A stretch of DNA of 64,000 nt from NCBI GenBank assembly GCA_947628205.1, contig CANQYX010000003.1, positions 665 through 64,664 on the forward strand, in the 5' to 3' direction. This document shows, one piece after another, positions 19,215-26,754 of this stretch. Numbering within the stretch: position 1 is the first letter of the stretch; every line of letters starts with the position of its first letter. Source of the DNA: an uncultured Clostridia bacterium (GTDB lineage Bacteria; Bacillota; Clostridia; Christensenellales; UBA1242). A program made the translations under genes and the position numbers. Below the pieces are notes generated by a model, which saw nothing but the letters and a program-made list of their open reading frames with translations, did not search any database and was not told the DNA's origin.

Positions 19215-19316
19215 TAGTTTAATGTCCAAAAAAACTCCCGTCAATTTTCCAAAATTAGTAAATTTTTAATTGAATATTAAATGTTAAACCGCACAAACTA
19301 AACTTGGAGGTGCTAT

Positions 19317-19478
19317 ATGGCTAAAAATAGATGGACTCCTGGTGAGCAAGTTCCAAAATCTGCAACTTATGTTGCTTATGATGAAATGGGACACAATGGC
19401 GGCAGTTTATACCTAGAAAAAGGTAAAAGATTCCCTGCCACTCAACATTCAGGCAGCTATTATACTTTAGGTGAATAG
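19317..19478 (+). CDS. YjzC-like small protein (53 aa); not in the supplied ORF track
   Basis: MAKNRWTPGEQVPKSATYVAYDEMGHNGGSLYLEKGKRFPATQHSGSYYTLGE. GGAGG at 19306-19310. Followed by a strong terminator. Confidence 0.6.
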   Translation: MAKNRWTPGEQVPKSATYVAYDEMGHNGGSLYLEKGKRFPATQHSGSYYTLGE

Positions 19479-19488
19479 TAACCTATCT

Positions 19489-19511
19489 AAGACCGCATTA
19501 GCGGTCTTTTT
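19489..19511 (+). terminator. Rho-independent terminator
   Basis: AAGACCGC-atta-GCGGTCTT followed by TTT. Confidence 0.85.
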
Positions 19512-19606
19512 CATACTAAATTTTTAGGCATATTTTTAAAAAAAACACAAAAAATGGCATATTTTTTTAAAATTTAATAAAAATTTTACAAAATTTTTAA
19601 TTTCTA

Positions 19607-19635
19607 TTTACTTTTTAACTAATTTATGTTATAAT
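19607..19635 (+). promoter_or_regulatory. Promoter of the riboswitch-led transcript
   Basis: TTTACT (19607-19612), 17 nt, TGtTATAAT (-10 at 19630-19635). The predicted TSS is about 19641-19643, at the first base of helix P1. Confidence 0.6.
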
Positions 19636-19640
19636 ATTAA

Positions 19641-19770
19641 CACCATATAGAGTGTGCGAGGGGCAAGCCTGATAACCACACAGCAACCTGCAATTAAGGT
19701 AAGGTGCTAATGCTTGATGGATGGTGTAATTTAAAATTTGTGCCATCCGTTGATGGCTATTTTTATTTTT
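19641..19770 (+). promoter_or_regulatory. Candidate transcription-terminating riboswitch, SAM-I clan (SAM-I/IV-like) core
   Basis: P1 CACCAU (19641-46) / AUGGUG (19721-26). P2 GUGUG (19652-56) / CACAC (19677-81). Conserved-looking strings GAGUG, GCAACC (19683-88) and AGGUGCUAA (19702-10). Terminator GCCAUC-cguu-GAUGGC (19742-57) plus a U-rich tail. The P1 3' strand GGAUGG can alternatively pair with CCAUCC as an anti-terminator. P3 is short, so the class assignment is tentative. Confidence 0.5.
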
Positions 19771-19781
19771 AGGAGGGAAAA

Positions 19782-20108
19782 ATGGAAGGGGACATTCGCG
19801 GAATTATGAATGTTTATTATGAAGATTACAACAGCGCAAACAAAGGCAATTATTCTAAACCATATTGTGTAAATTGCAAAACCTACAATTCTTCGCTAGA
19901 TTTTTTAAAATATTTAGAAGATTTGGGCTTTTTGGTTGTTGCTGGCCAGGCTCAGGGCTTCTGTGCTGTGCTTGTAAACCTTGAATTAAAGCGTTGCTCA
20001 GGCATACGATTAGCCTGCCATTACACAACGCCTGAAAAAGAATTGGATTACAACGATTTTAAACCTATTTTAGACAAATATTTAAAAAATCAAAATGTAA
20101 ATTTATAA
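19782..20108 (+). CDS. Hypothetical 108-aa protein downstream of the riboswitch candidate
   Basis: AGGAGG 6 nt upstream of the ATG. Contains CVNC and other Cys residues. No family recognised. Confidence 0.6.
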   Translation: MEGDIRGIMNVYYEDYNSANKGNYSKPYCVNCKTYNSSLDFLKYLEDLGFLVVAGQAQGFCAVLVNLELKRCSGIRLACHYTTPEKELDYNDFKPILDKYLKNQNVNL

Positions 20109-20247
20109 CATAATGGCCTTTCAAACTTTTCAACAATTAAAAAATATTTACCTGTCATAATTTTTGCTTATGGATAATAAATTTTAAGCCGATTTAAAAT
20201 TTTTAATTAAACATTAATTATATTTTTAAAAAATTTTTATTTTTAGG

Positions 20248-20276
20248 TTGACAAGTTGAAAATTATTTGCTATAAT
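20248..20276 (+). promoter_or_regulatory. Consensus promoter for tRNA-Ser
   Basis: TTGACA (20248-53), 17 nt, TATAAT (20271-76). The leader is about 70 nt and contains the hairpin GTTGGC-taaaat-GCCAAC. Confidence 0.75.
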
Positions 20277-20350
20277 CAGTTTGTTCGTTTTGATGTTGGC
20301 TAAAATGCCAAACAACCAATCCAAAACTAATTAATTTTAAACTTCGATAT

Positions 20351-20442
20351 GGAGAGTTACTCAAGAGGTCGAAGAGGCGTCCCTGCTAAGGATGTAGGCG
20401 TCTAATAGGCGCGCGAGGGTTCGACTCCCTCACTCTCCGCCA
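20351..20442 (+). tRNA. tRNA-Ser (anticodon GCU), class II with long variable arm, CCA encoded
   Basis: Acceptor GGAGAGU/ACUCUCC, anticodon loop CUGCUAA, T-arm GAGGG-UUCGACU-CCCUC, terminal GCCA. Confidence 0.95.
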
Positions 20443-20508
20443 ACGAATTTTAAACGTGCCAAACACTTTGGCGCAAAAAAGATTAACGAAAGCGATATTT
20501 TAACAAAG

Positions 20509-20534
20509 AAAAAAGTAGGCGGGGCCTACTTTTT
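20509..20534. terminator. Bidirectional terminator
   Basis: AAAAAA-GTAGGC-ggg-GCCTAC-TTTTT, between tRNA-Ser (+) and the lipoprotein gene stop (minus, 20538). Confidence 0.8.
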
Positions 20535-20537
20535 AAT

Positions 20538-23480
20538 TTAATCATTAACATGATTTATCCACGCACCGTTATACACTTTTAGCGAATTTGCACCATCGCT
20601 AGCTGTTAAAATATCTGGCGTGCGGCCAATTTGAGAATTGTTTGCAAGCCATCTTGATTGCGCTGCATCAACAAAGGTTGCAGAAACCAAATTGCATCCA
20701 TTAAACGCCAACGCGCCTATATAGCGCAAGGAAGAAGGAAGAGTTATATTTTTTAATGCTGTGCGCCCATCAAAAGCTTTTGAACAAATGACACGTGTGC
20801 CATCTAATATAGTGTAAGTTTCGTAATTAAAATCAGCATTTGTTGCAATTAAATAATGCGTAGAATTATCTTTTGAGTGCAAATATAAAATTCCGTTATA
20901 TGTTTCGCTTTGATTAGATTTCCAGTTTTCATCATCTAAATAGAACTTTGTGCCAAAGAAAGCGTTGTCACCAATAAAATTAATTTTGTTGCCAACTTTA
21001 ATTGTTGCAAGGTTTGAACACCCATTAAACGCATTTGCGCCTATGCTGGTTACACTGTCTGGCAATGTTACAGAAACAAGGTTTGTATCGTCTCTAAATG
21101 TGCCGGCAGGAATTGAACTAAAGGTGTAATCCGACAAATCTAAATTGGTGTTAGGTTGTTCTGTTTTGTCTGTAATATGGAAACTAACCCCTTCTTTAAG
21201 CGGGCTGGCTTCATCGTTCATAAAATTAATTGCAAGCCACTCTTTAACCGTGCCAGTAAACTCAACTTTTTTCAACGCTGGGCAATTTTTAAACGCATCG
21301 TTGAAAACTTCTTTTATTGTATTAACTAATTTAACCTCAATTAAATTTGTGCAGTTTTCAAAAGCTGATTCTGCAATTCCAACCGTATTTTCTTTAACCG
21401 AGAAAGTTGCAACGCTTTCGTCAACTTTTAACAAATGATTAGCAAGATACAACGCGGTTGAGTTATCTACCCAATTTGATTTATCCAAAACATAATCGGT
21501 GTTTTTAAAAGCGAATGGTCCAACATAGTCAATTTCACCACAGGTTATTGAGCTAAGATTAATGCAATTGCCAAATGCGTATGTCTCCACCCTTTTAATA
21601 CTTTCGGACAAGGTTACGCTTGTTAAATTTTTGATGTCCATAAAAGCATACTCTCTGATTGTGGTAATGCTTGTGCCTTGAATAATTAAGGTTTGAACAC
21701 CGGCATCGTGAGTTGAAAAGGCATAACGGTTAATTTCTTTAACAGGTTTTCCGTTGTAGCTGCCAGAAATGATTATCTTTTTAGAATTTGAACATTGACC
21801 AAAAGCTTTACGATAAGTAGTAAGCCCATTGTATTGAACTTTTTCGCCCAATACGTAATAACTATCTGGGCTGTCAGCATCTCCAATTAAAGTATATTTT
21901 AAGCCATCTGCCTGACACTTTGAACATATATTGGACTCAACAAAATCGTGCGCTTCAATTAATTTTTCCGAGCAATCTTCGTTTTGACATTCTTTATAAC
22001 ACTTTGTATCGTCCTCGGCAACAGGTTTCCAAGCCGACCAGAAATGTTCGTTTTTATCCAGTTCAACAATTTTTTCATAATCGCAGTACGCTTCTTCGCA
22101 ATATGTTTTTATGTAACCCTTTTCCCTACAGGTTGGATCTTTACTTTCTTGTTTAAAAGTGTGTTTATATTTATCTTCTTCTCCGCAAACAGTGCAGGTT
22201 TTAAAATGATTTTCGTCATCCTTTTGCCAGTTTTCGCCCCACTTATGCCCTTCATGATTCAAAGTTTCGTAAGATTTTTGATTTTTGCAAACACGACATC
22301 TAACAATTTTGTATCCATCAACTAAGCATGTTGCATTTTGTTGTTCAATTTCAGTGTTGTCGCATGCCTCAATCAATTCATCGCCGCAACTGCTGCAAAC
22401 TTTTTTATGTTTGCCCTCTAAATAAGAATCATCCGTGCCGTCATATTGCCAATCTTGATAACTGTGGCCGAAATGTTCGGTTTCGTCTGTTTTGTAACTA
22501 AATCCACAATCTTTGCATTTATGCTCAACATAACCATCGATTGTGCACGTTGCATTTACAACATGAATTTCAAAATGACAATTGCTTTCTTCAACGTGTG
22601 TAGGGTCATTTTTGCAAACTCTACGATGACGATTGTTGGTTGGGTCGTTATCGTAATCTTCAATCGGTTCGTAAGGCGAACTTTCATAATCGTGACCGGT
22701 TGCATCGTGGAAATCGCTGTCTTGATAGTTATCGCAATGTTCGCACCATTTTCTTGTGTAACCGGAGCTTTCGCAACCAGCTTCCACAATTTGAGTGTCG
22801 CGATTAAACACGCACGCTTCCTTGTTTTCTAAATCGAGAGCCTCACATTTGGCGCATTGTTTTGCGTGGAAATCTGTGCCCTCCAACCTAACATAAACAT
22901 CATTAAATTGATGCGGTTTAATTGGGTCGATTACATCCACTTCGTGGTTGCAGGCATCGCATTTAAAACGAACATACCCTTCCGAAGTGCATGTTGCTAA
23001 TTTATGGTCAATTTCATGATAAACGCATGGCTCAATTTTAACATCAGATTCGTCGTTGCGGCAATAGCAACTATGCTGATCGTTATTGTGATTACCATCG
23101 CTATCTTCAACATGTTTCCAATCGGTATAATCATGCCCGAGCGCAGGGATTACATGGTGAGTTTCTTGTTCAGAACATCTTGTGCATATTCTATCCTCAA
23201 GGCCTTCCTCTTCACAACTGGCAGGTTTAGTAACATGTTCCTCCCACTCGTGCCCCAGCGCGTTTAAAACAATTGTAACACTATGCCCGCACGAACACTC
23301 GCCAAGTTGCGTGCCAGTTTCAGTGCAAGTTGGATTTTGCGTTATAATATAGCTATAAACATGCTCATGTTGCACAGAATTATCATCTCCGCATGCGGAC
23401 AAAACCGAGCCAACGCCCAAAATGCATGCAAAGAATAAAATTGCAACAAAAATTTTGTTAAATTTATGTAAATTTTTCAT
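20538..23480 (-). CDS. Surface lipoprotein: Cys-rich repeat modules plus C-terminal BspA-type LRR region
   Basis: Start set at ATG 23480 (GGAGG upstream). Signal and lipobox MKNLHKFNKIFVAILFFACILGVGSVLSAC. About 9-10 modules of the form TC..(E/D)G.....C..C...(10-15)...GH. The C-terminal half has IP..V..IG..AF..C LRR units. Confidence 0.8.
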   Translation of the reverse strand: MKNLHKFNKIFVAILFFACILGVGSVLSACGDDNSVQHEHVYSYIITQNPTCTETGTQLGECSCGHSVTIVLNALGHEWEEHVTKPASCEEEGLEDRICTRCSEQETHHVIPALGHDYTDWKHVEDSDGNHNNDQHSCYCRNDESDVKIEPCVYHEIDHKLATCTSEGYVRFKCDACNHEVDVIDPIKPHQFNDVYVRLEGTDFHAKQCAKCEALDLENKEACVFNRDTQIVEAGCESSGYTRKWCEHCDNYQDSDFHDATGHDYESSPYEPIEDYDNDPTNNRHRRVCKNDPTHVEESNCHFEIHVVNATCTIDGYVEHKCKDCGFSYKTDETEHFGHSYQDWQYDGTDDSYLEGKHKKVCSSCGDELIEACDNTEIEQQNATCLVDGYKIVRCRVCKNQKSYETLNHEGHKWGENWQKDDENHFKTCTVCGEEDKYKHTFKQESKDPTCREKGYIKTYCEEAYCDYEKIVELDKNEHFWSAWKPVAEDDTKCYKECQNEDCSEKLIEAHDFVESNICSKCQADGLKYTLIGDADSPDSYYVLGEKVQYNGLTTYRKAFGQCSNSKKIIISGSYNGKPVKEINRYAFSTHDAGVQTLIIQGTSITTIREYAFMDIKNLTSVTLSESIKRVETYAFGNCINLSSITCGEIDYVGPFAFKNTDYVLDKSNWVDNSTALYLANHLLKVDESVATFSVKENTVGIAESAFENCTNLIEVKLVNTIKEVFNDAFKNCPALKKVEFTGTVKEWLAINFMNDEASPLKEGVSFHITDKTEQPNTNLDLSDYTFSSIPAGTFRDDTNLVSVTLPDSVTSIGANAFNGCSNLATIKVGNKINFIGDNAFFGTKFYLDDENWKSNQSETYNGILYLHSKDNSTHYLIATNADFNYETYTILDGTRVICSKAFDGRTALKNITLPSSLRYIGALAFNGCNLVSATFVDAAQSRWLANNSQIGRTPDILTASDGANSLKVYNGAWINHVND

Positions 23481-23505
23481 TTTGCCTCCACAATTTCTTG
23501 AACTG

Positions 23506-23534
23506 ATTTTAACAAACATTAGTTTATAAGTCAA
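23506..23534 (-). promoter_or_regulatory. Promoter of the lipoprotein gene
   Basis: TTGACT (23534-29), 17 nt, TAAAAT (23511-06). Confidence 0.6.
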
Positions 23535-23650
23535 CTTAACTTAGTCATTTTTTTAAAAATTAGTTAATTAATTCAATCTGTTTATATGTTAAATTTGTTT
23601 AAAAGTTATATCATTTAACATAAATTAATTTTTAAGCATACAAAAAAATT

Positions 23651-24106
23651 ATGGAAAACGATTTTAAAATTTTGTCTAATCTCTCTCCTGCTGCTTATGC
23701 CAATATAAAAGGAAATGACGACTATCCCGAAATTAATGGTGTTGTGCAATTTTTTAATTTAGGCAATGGGATTGTTGTGTATGCCGATGTTGAAAATTTG
23801 CCAAAAACCGAAACTAACATTTTTGCCTTCCACATTCATGAGGGTGAAAGTTGCGAAGACAATTTAACCCTCACTGGCGGACATTTTAATCCAACAAATC
23901 AGCCGCACCCAAACCATGCAGGAGATATGCCGCCCTTATTTTCAAATAACGGCAGCGCTTGGTTTGCGTTTTACACTGAACGCTTTAATTTAGACGAAGT
24001 TATTGGAAAAACGGTTATAATTCATGATTCACCAGACGATTTTACAAGTCAACCCTCGGGCAACAGTGGCGAAAAAATTGCATGCGGAATTATAAAAAAA
24101 CTATAA
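23651..24106 (+). CDS. sodC: Cu/Zn superoxide dismutase family protein without a signal peptide
   Basis: 151 aa. FHIHEGESC, GGHFNP, HPNHAGDMPPL and VIIHDSPDD match the SodC metal-ligand regions. Confidence 0.8.
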   Translation: MENDFKILSNLSPAAYANIKGNDDYPEINGVVQFFNLGNGIVVYADVENLPKTETNIFAFHIHEGESCEDNLTLTGGHFNPTNQPHPNHAGDMPPLFSNNGSAWFAFYTERFNLDEVIGKTVIIHDSPDDFTSQPSGNSGEKIACGIIKKL

Positions 24107-24182
24107 AAAATTTTAAAAATTTGTAATTTTTGATGTCTTTTTTTACATTTTTGTTAAAATTTTTATATCTTTTTTAAAAAAC

Positions 24183-24207
24183 AAAAAAATGGCAGTGCCA
24201 TTTTTTT
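24183..24207. terminator. Bidirectional terminator between sodC and leuS
   Basis: AAAAAAATGGC-agt-GCCATTTTTTT. Confidence 0.75.
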
Positions 24208-26614
24208 AAACAACAATATTGAAAATTCGGTTTGGAATATATACAATTTTTTTGTAGCCATTTGTTAAATATGCTTTAACTTCGTTTAGGGCTTTTTCTT
24301 TAATTTCATTTTCGCTGGCAGATTTGCTAACTGTGATTTTTCCACGCAATTTGCCATTAACCTGAATAGGAATTTCGACTTCGTCAACCACCAGTTTGCT
24401 TTCGTCGAACTTTGGCCAACTTTCATAAGCAATTGTGTTGTTGTGGCCGAGTTGTTGCCATAATTCTTCTGTTATAAATGGGCAAATTGGGTTTAACAAT
24501 TTTAAAAACCCTTCTGCGTATTTGCGTGGGAAATTTTGTTCTTTAGCAAGGGCGTTTATAAATATCATCATTTGCGAAATTGCAGTGTTGAAATTTAGAG
24601 TTTCAAAATCCTCGCTAACTTTTTTAACAGTTTGATTATAAATAAAATCTAACTCTTTATTTTCGCCATAGGTGATGGTTTTTTCTTGATAAATTCTATA
24701 AATTCTATCCAAAAATTTGCGTGCGCCGGCAACGCCATTATCGTCCCATGGTTTGCTCATTTCAAGCGGCCCCATAAACATTTCGTAAAGGCGCAAAGTG
24801 TCCGCCCCATATTGCTTAACAATGGTGTTTGGGTCAACCACAAATTGCGGATAACGTTTGCCCATTTTTATGCCATTTGCGCCCAAAATCATGCCTTGAT
24901 GCACAAGTTTTTTAAATGGCTCTTTAACAGGGCTTAGGCCTTTATCGTAAAGATAATTTGTCCACATTCTGCTATACAACAAATGGCTAACCGCGTGTTC
25001 TGGACCGCCCACATAAAGGTCAACAGGCATCCAATGTTTAAGAAGTTTTTGATCGGCAAATTCACTGTCATTTTGCGGGTCGATATACCTCATAAAATAC
25101 CAACTTGAGCCAGCCGTTCCTGGCATAGTATTTGTTTCTCTTTTGGCAGGTTTGCCATCAACTTTAACATTAACCCAATCGGTGGCGCGAGCAAGTGGAC
25201 TGCTGCCATCTTTTGCTGGCTTATAGTCATTAAGTTCGGGCAAAACAAGTGGCAATTCGCTGTCATCAAGCGCTTTGGTTTTTCCATTTTCAAAATGCAC
25301 AATCGGAATAGGCTCGCCCCAATAGCGCTGGCGCGCAAAAGTCCATTCGCGCAATTTAAAGTTGGTTTGCTTTTTTGCAACGCCCATTTTAACAAGTTTA
25401 TCCGTTATGGCAGTTTTTGCTTGTTCAACTGTCAGCCCGTTAAACTCCTCGCTATTAACAAGTTTGCAACCCTTGCCCAAATAATCTTGCTTTTCAAACG
25501 CGCATTCGGTTACATTGCCGCCCGAAATTACTTCTATCATGGGTATTTTGTGGCTAACCGCATATTCAAAATCGCGTTGGTCGTGGCTTGGAACTGCCAT
25601 AACCGCGCCCGTGCCATAACTAGCAAGCACAAAATCGCCCAAATAAACGGGCACGCGCTTGCCATTAACCGGGTTGATTGCATAAATGCCATCTAACTTA
25701 CAGCCCGATTTGGATTTGTTAAGTTGAGTGCGCTCTAACTCGCTTTTCTTTGCCACTTCGGCGCGATATTTTTCAACTTCATCCCAATTATTAATGCGCG
25801 GTTTAAGTTCGTCCACCAATTTGTTTTCGGGCGCAAGCACCATGAAAGTTATGCCATAAATTGTTTCAATGCAAGTGGTGAAAATTGAAAATTTGCCACC
25901 GCCAACAATTTTAAATTGCACCTCCACACCCTCAGATTTGCCAATCCAATTGCGCTGCATTGCTTTGGTGCTTTCTGGCCAATCAATTTCGTCTAGGCCG
26001 GCAAGCAATTTTTCGGCATAAGCAGGAGTATCAATAACCCACTGTTTCATGTTCTTTTTAACAACCGGATAACCACCGCGCTCACTTTTGCCATCTATAA
26101 CTTCATCATTTGCAAGCACGCAGCCCAACTCTTCGCACCAGTTCACAGGCACTTCTTTTAATTGAGCAAGGCCATCTAAATAAAGTTGTTTAAAAATCCA
26201 TTGTGTCCATTTATAAAAACTTGGGTCGCTAGTTTTAATTGCCCTATCCCAATCGAAAGAAAAGCCCAAATTTTTAAGTTGGTCAATAAAATGTTTTGTG
26301 TTTTCTTCAGTAAAAATTACAGGGTTATTGCCCGTGTCTATCGCATATTGTTCGGCAGGCAAGCCAAACGAATCAAACCCCATAGGGTGCAAAACATTAT
26401 AGCCCTGCATGCGCTTCATCCTGCTTACAATATCGGTTGCAGTGTACCCCTCTGGGTGGCCAACATGCAGCCCCGCGCCAGATGGATATGGGAACATATC
26501 CAGCGCATAAAATTTTGGCTTGGAAAAATCCCACACATCGGTTTTAAAAGTTTTGTGTTCGTCCCAATATTTTTTCCATTTTTCTTCAATTTCAATATGA
26601 TTAAATTCGCCCAT
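24206..26614 (-). CDS. leuS: Leucyl-tRNA synthetase
   Basis: 802 aa. Class I HIGH-type motif (GLHVGHPEGY), a KMSKS-like KMGKR, and a CP1 editing region. Confidence 0.97.
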   Translation of the reverse strand: MGEFNHIEIEEKWKKYWDEHKTFKTDVWDFSKPKFYALDMFPYPSGAGLHVGHPEGYTATDIVSRMKRMQGYNVLHPMGFDSFGLPAEQYAIDTGNNPVIFTEENTKHFIDQLKNLGFSFDWDRAIKTSDPSFYKWTQWIFKQLYLDGLAQLKEVPVNWCEELGCVLANDEVIDGKSERGGYPVVKKNMKQWVIDTPAYAEKLLAGLDEIDWPESTKAMQRNWIGKSEGVEVQFKIVGGGKFSIFTTCIETIYGITFMVLAPENKLVDELKPRINNWDEVEKYRAEVAKKSELERTQLNKSKSGCKLDGIYAINPVNGKRVPVYLGDFVLASYGTGAVMAVPSHDQRDFEYAVSHKIPMIEVISGGNVTECAFEKQDYLGKGCKLVNSEEFNGLTVEQAKTAITDKLVKMGVAKKQTNFKLREWTFARQRYWGEPIPIVHFENGKTKALDDSELPLVLPELNDYKPAKDGSSPLARATDWVNVKVDGKPAKRETNTMPGTAGSSWYFMRYIDPQNDSEFADQKLLKHWMPVDLYVGGPEHAVSHLLYSRMWTNYLYDKGLSPVKEPFKKLVHQGMILGANGIKMGKRYPQFVVDPNTIVKQYGADTLRLYEMFMGPLEMSKPWDDNGVAGARKFLDRIYRIYQEKTITYGENKELDFIYNQTVKKVSEDFETLNFNTAISQMMIFINALAKEQNFPRKYAEGFLKLLNPICPFITEELWQQLGHNNTIAYESWPKFDESKLVVDEVEIPIQVNGKLRGKITVSKSASENEIKEKALNEVKAYLTNGYKKIVYIPNRIFNIVV

Positions 26615-26673
26615 AAAAACCTCAAGTTTTTTTATATAACAAAAAATAAAGTTAAAAATTTTTTATCAAAAGC

Positions 26674-26702
26674 ATTTTAAAACAAAACATATAATTTGTC
26701 AA
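26674..26702 (-). promoter_or_regulatory. leuS promoter
   Basis: TTGACA (26702-26697), 17 nt, TAAAAT (26679-26674). The leader is about 55-60 nt with a GAGG Shine-Dalgarno. That is too short for a T-box. Confidence 0.65.
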
Positions 26703-26719
26703 GAAAAAACCCACTTAAG

Positions 26720-26748
26720 TTGACAATATTTCTGCGTTTTGTTATAAT
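26720..26748 (+). promoter_or_regulatory. Consensus promoter of the acyltransferase gene; -10 ends 6 nt before ATG (leaderless-type)
   Basis: TTGACA (26720-25), 17 nt, TGtTATAAT (-10 at 26743-48), GCTTTT, ATG at 26755. No Shine-Dalgarno. Confidence 0.7.
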
Positions 26749-26754
26749 GCTTTT

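Noticed and set aside
20351-20442. tRNA-Ser and tRNA-Asn (35942-36016) as integration sites of genomic islands or prophages.
   Set aside because: I found no integrase, no direct repeat of the tRNA 3' end, and no phage or conjugation genes on either side.
24435-26680. Plus- and minus-strand internal ORFs of the leuS region (for example 25295-25696 and 26186-26680).
   Set aside because: Shadow frames of leuS.
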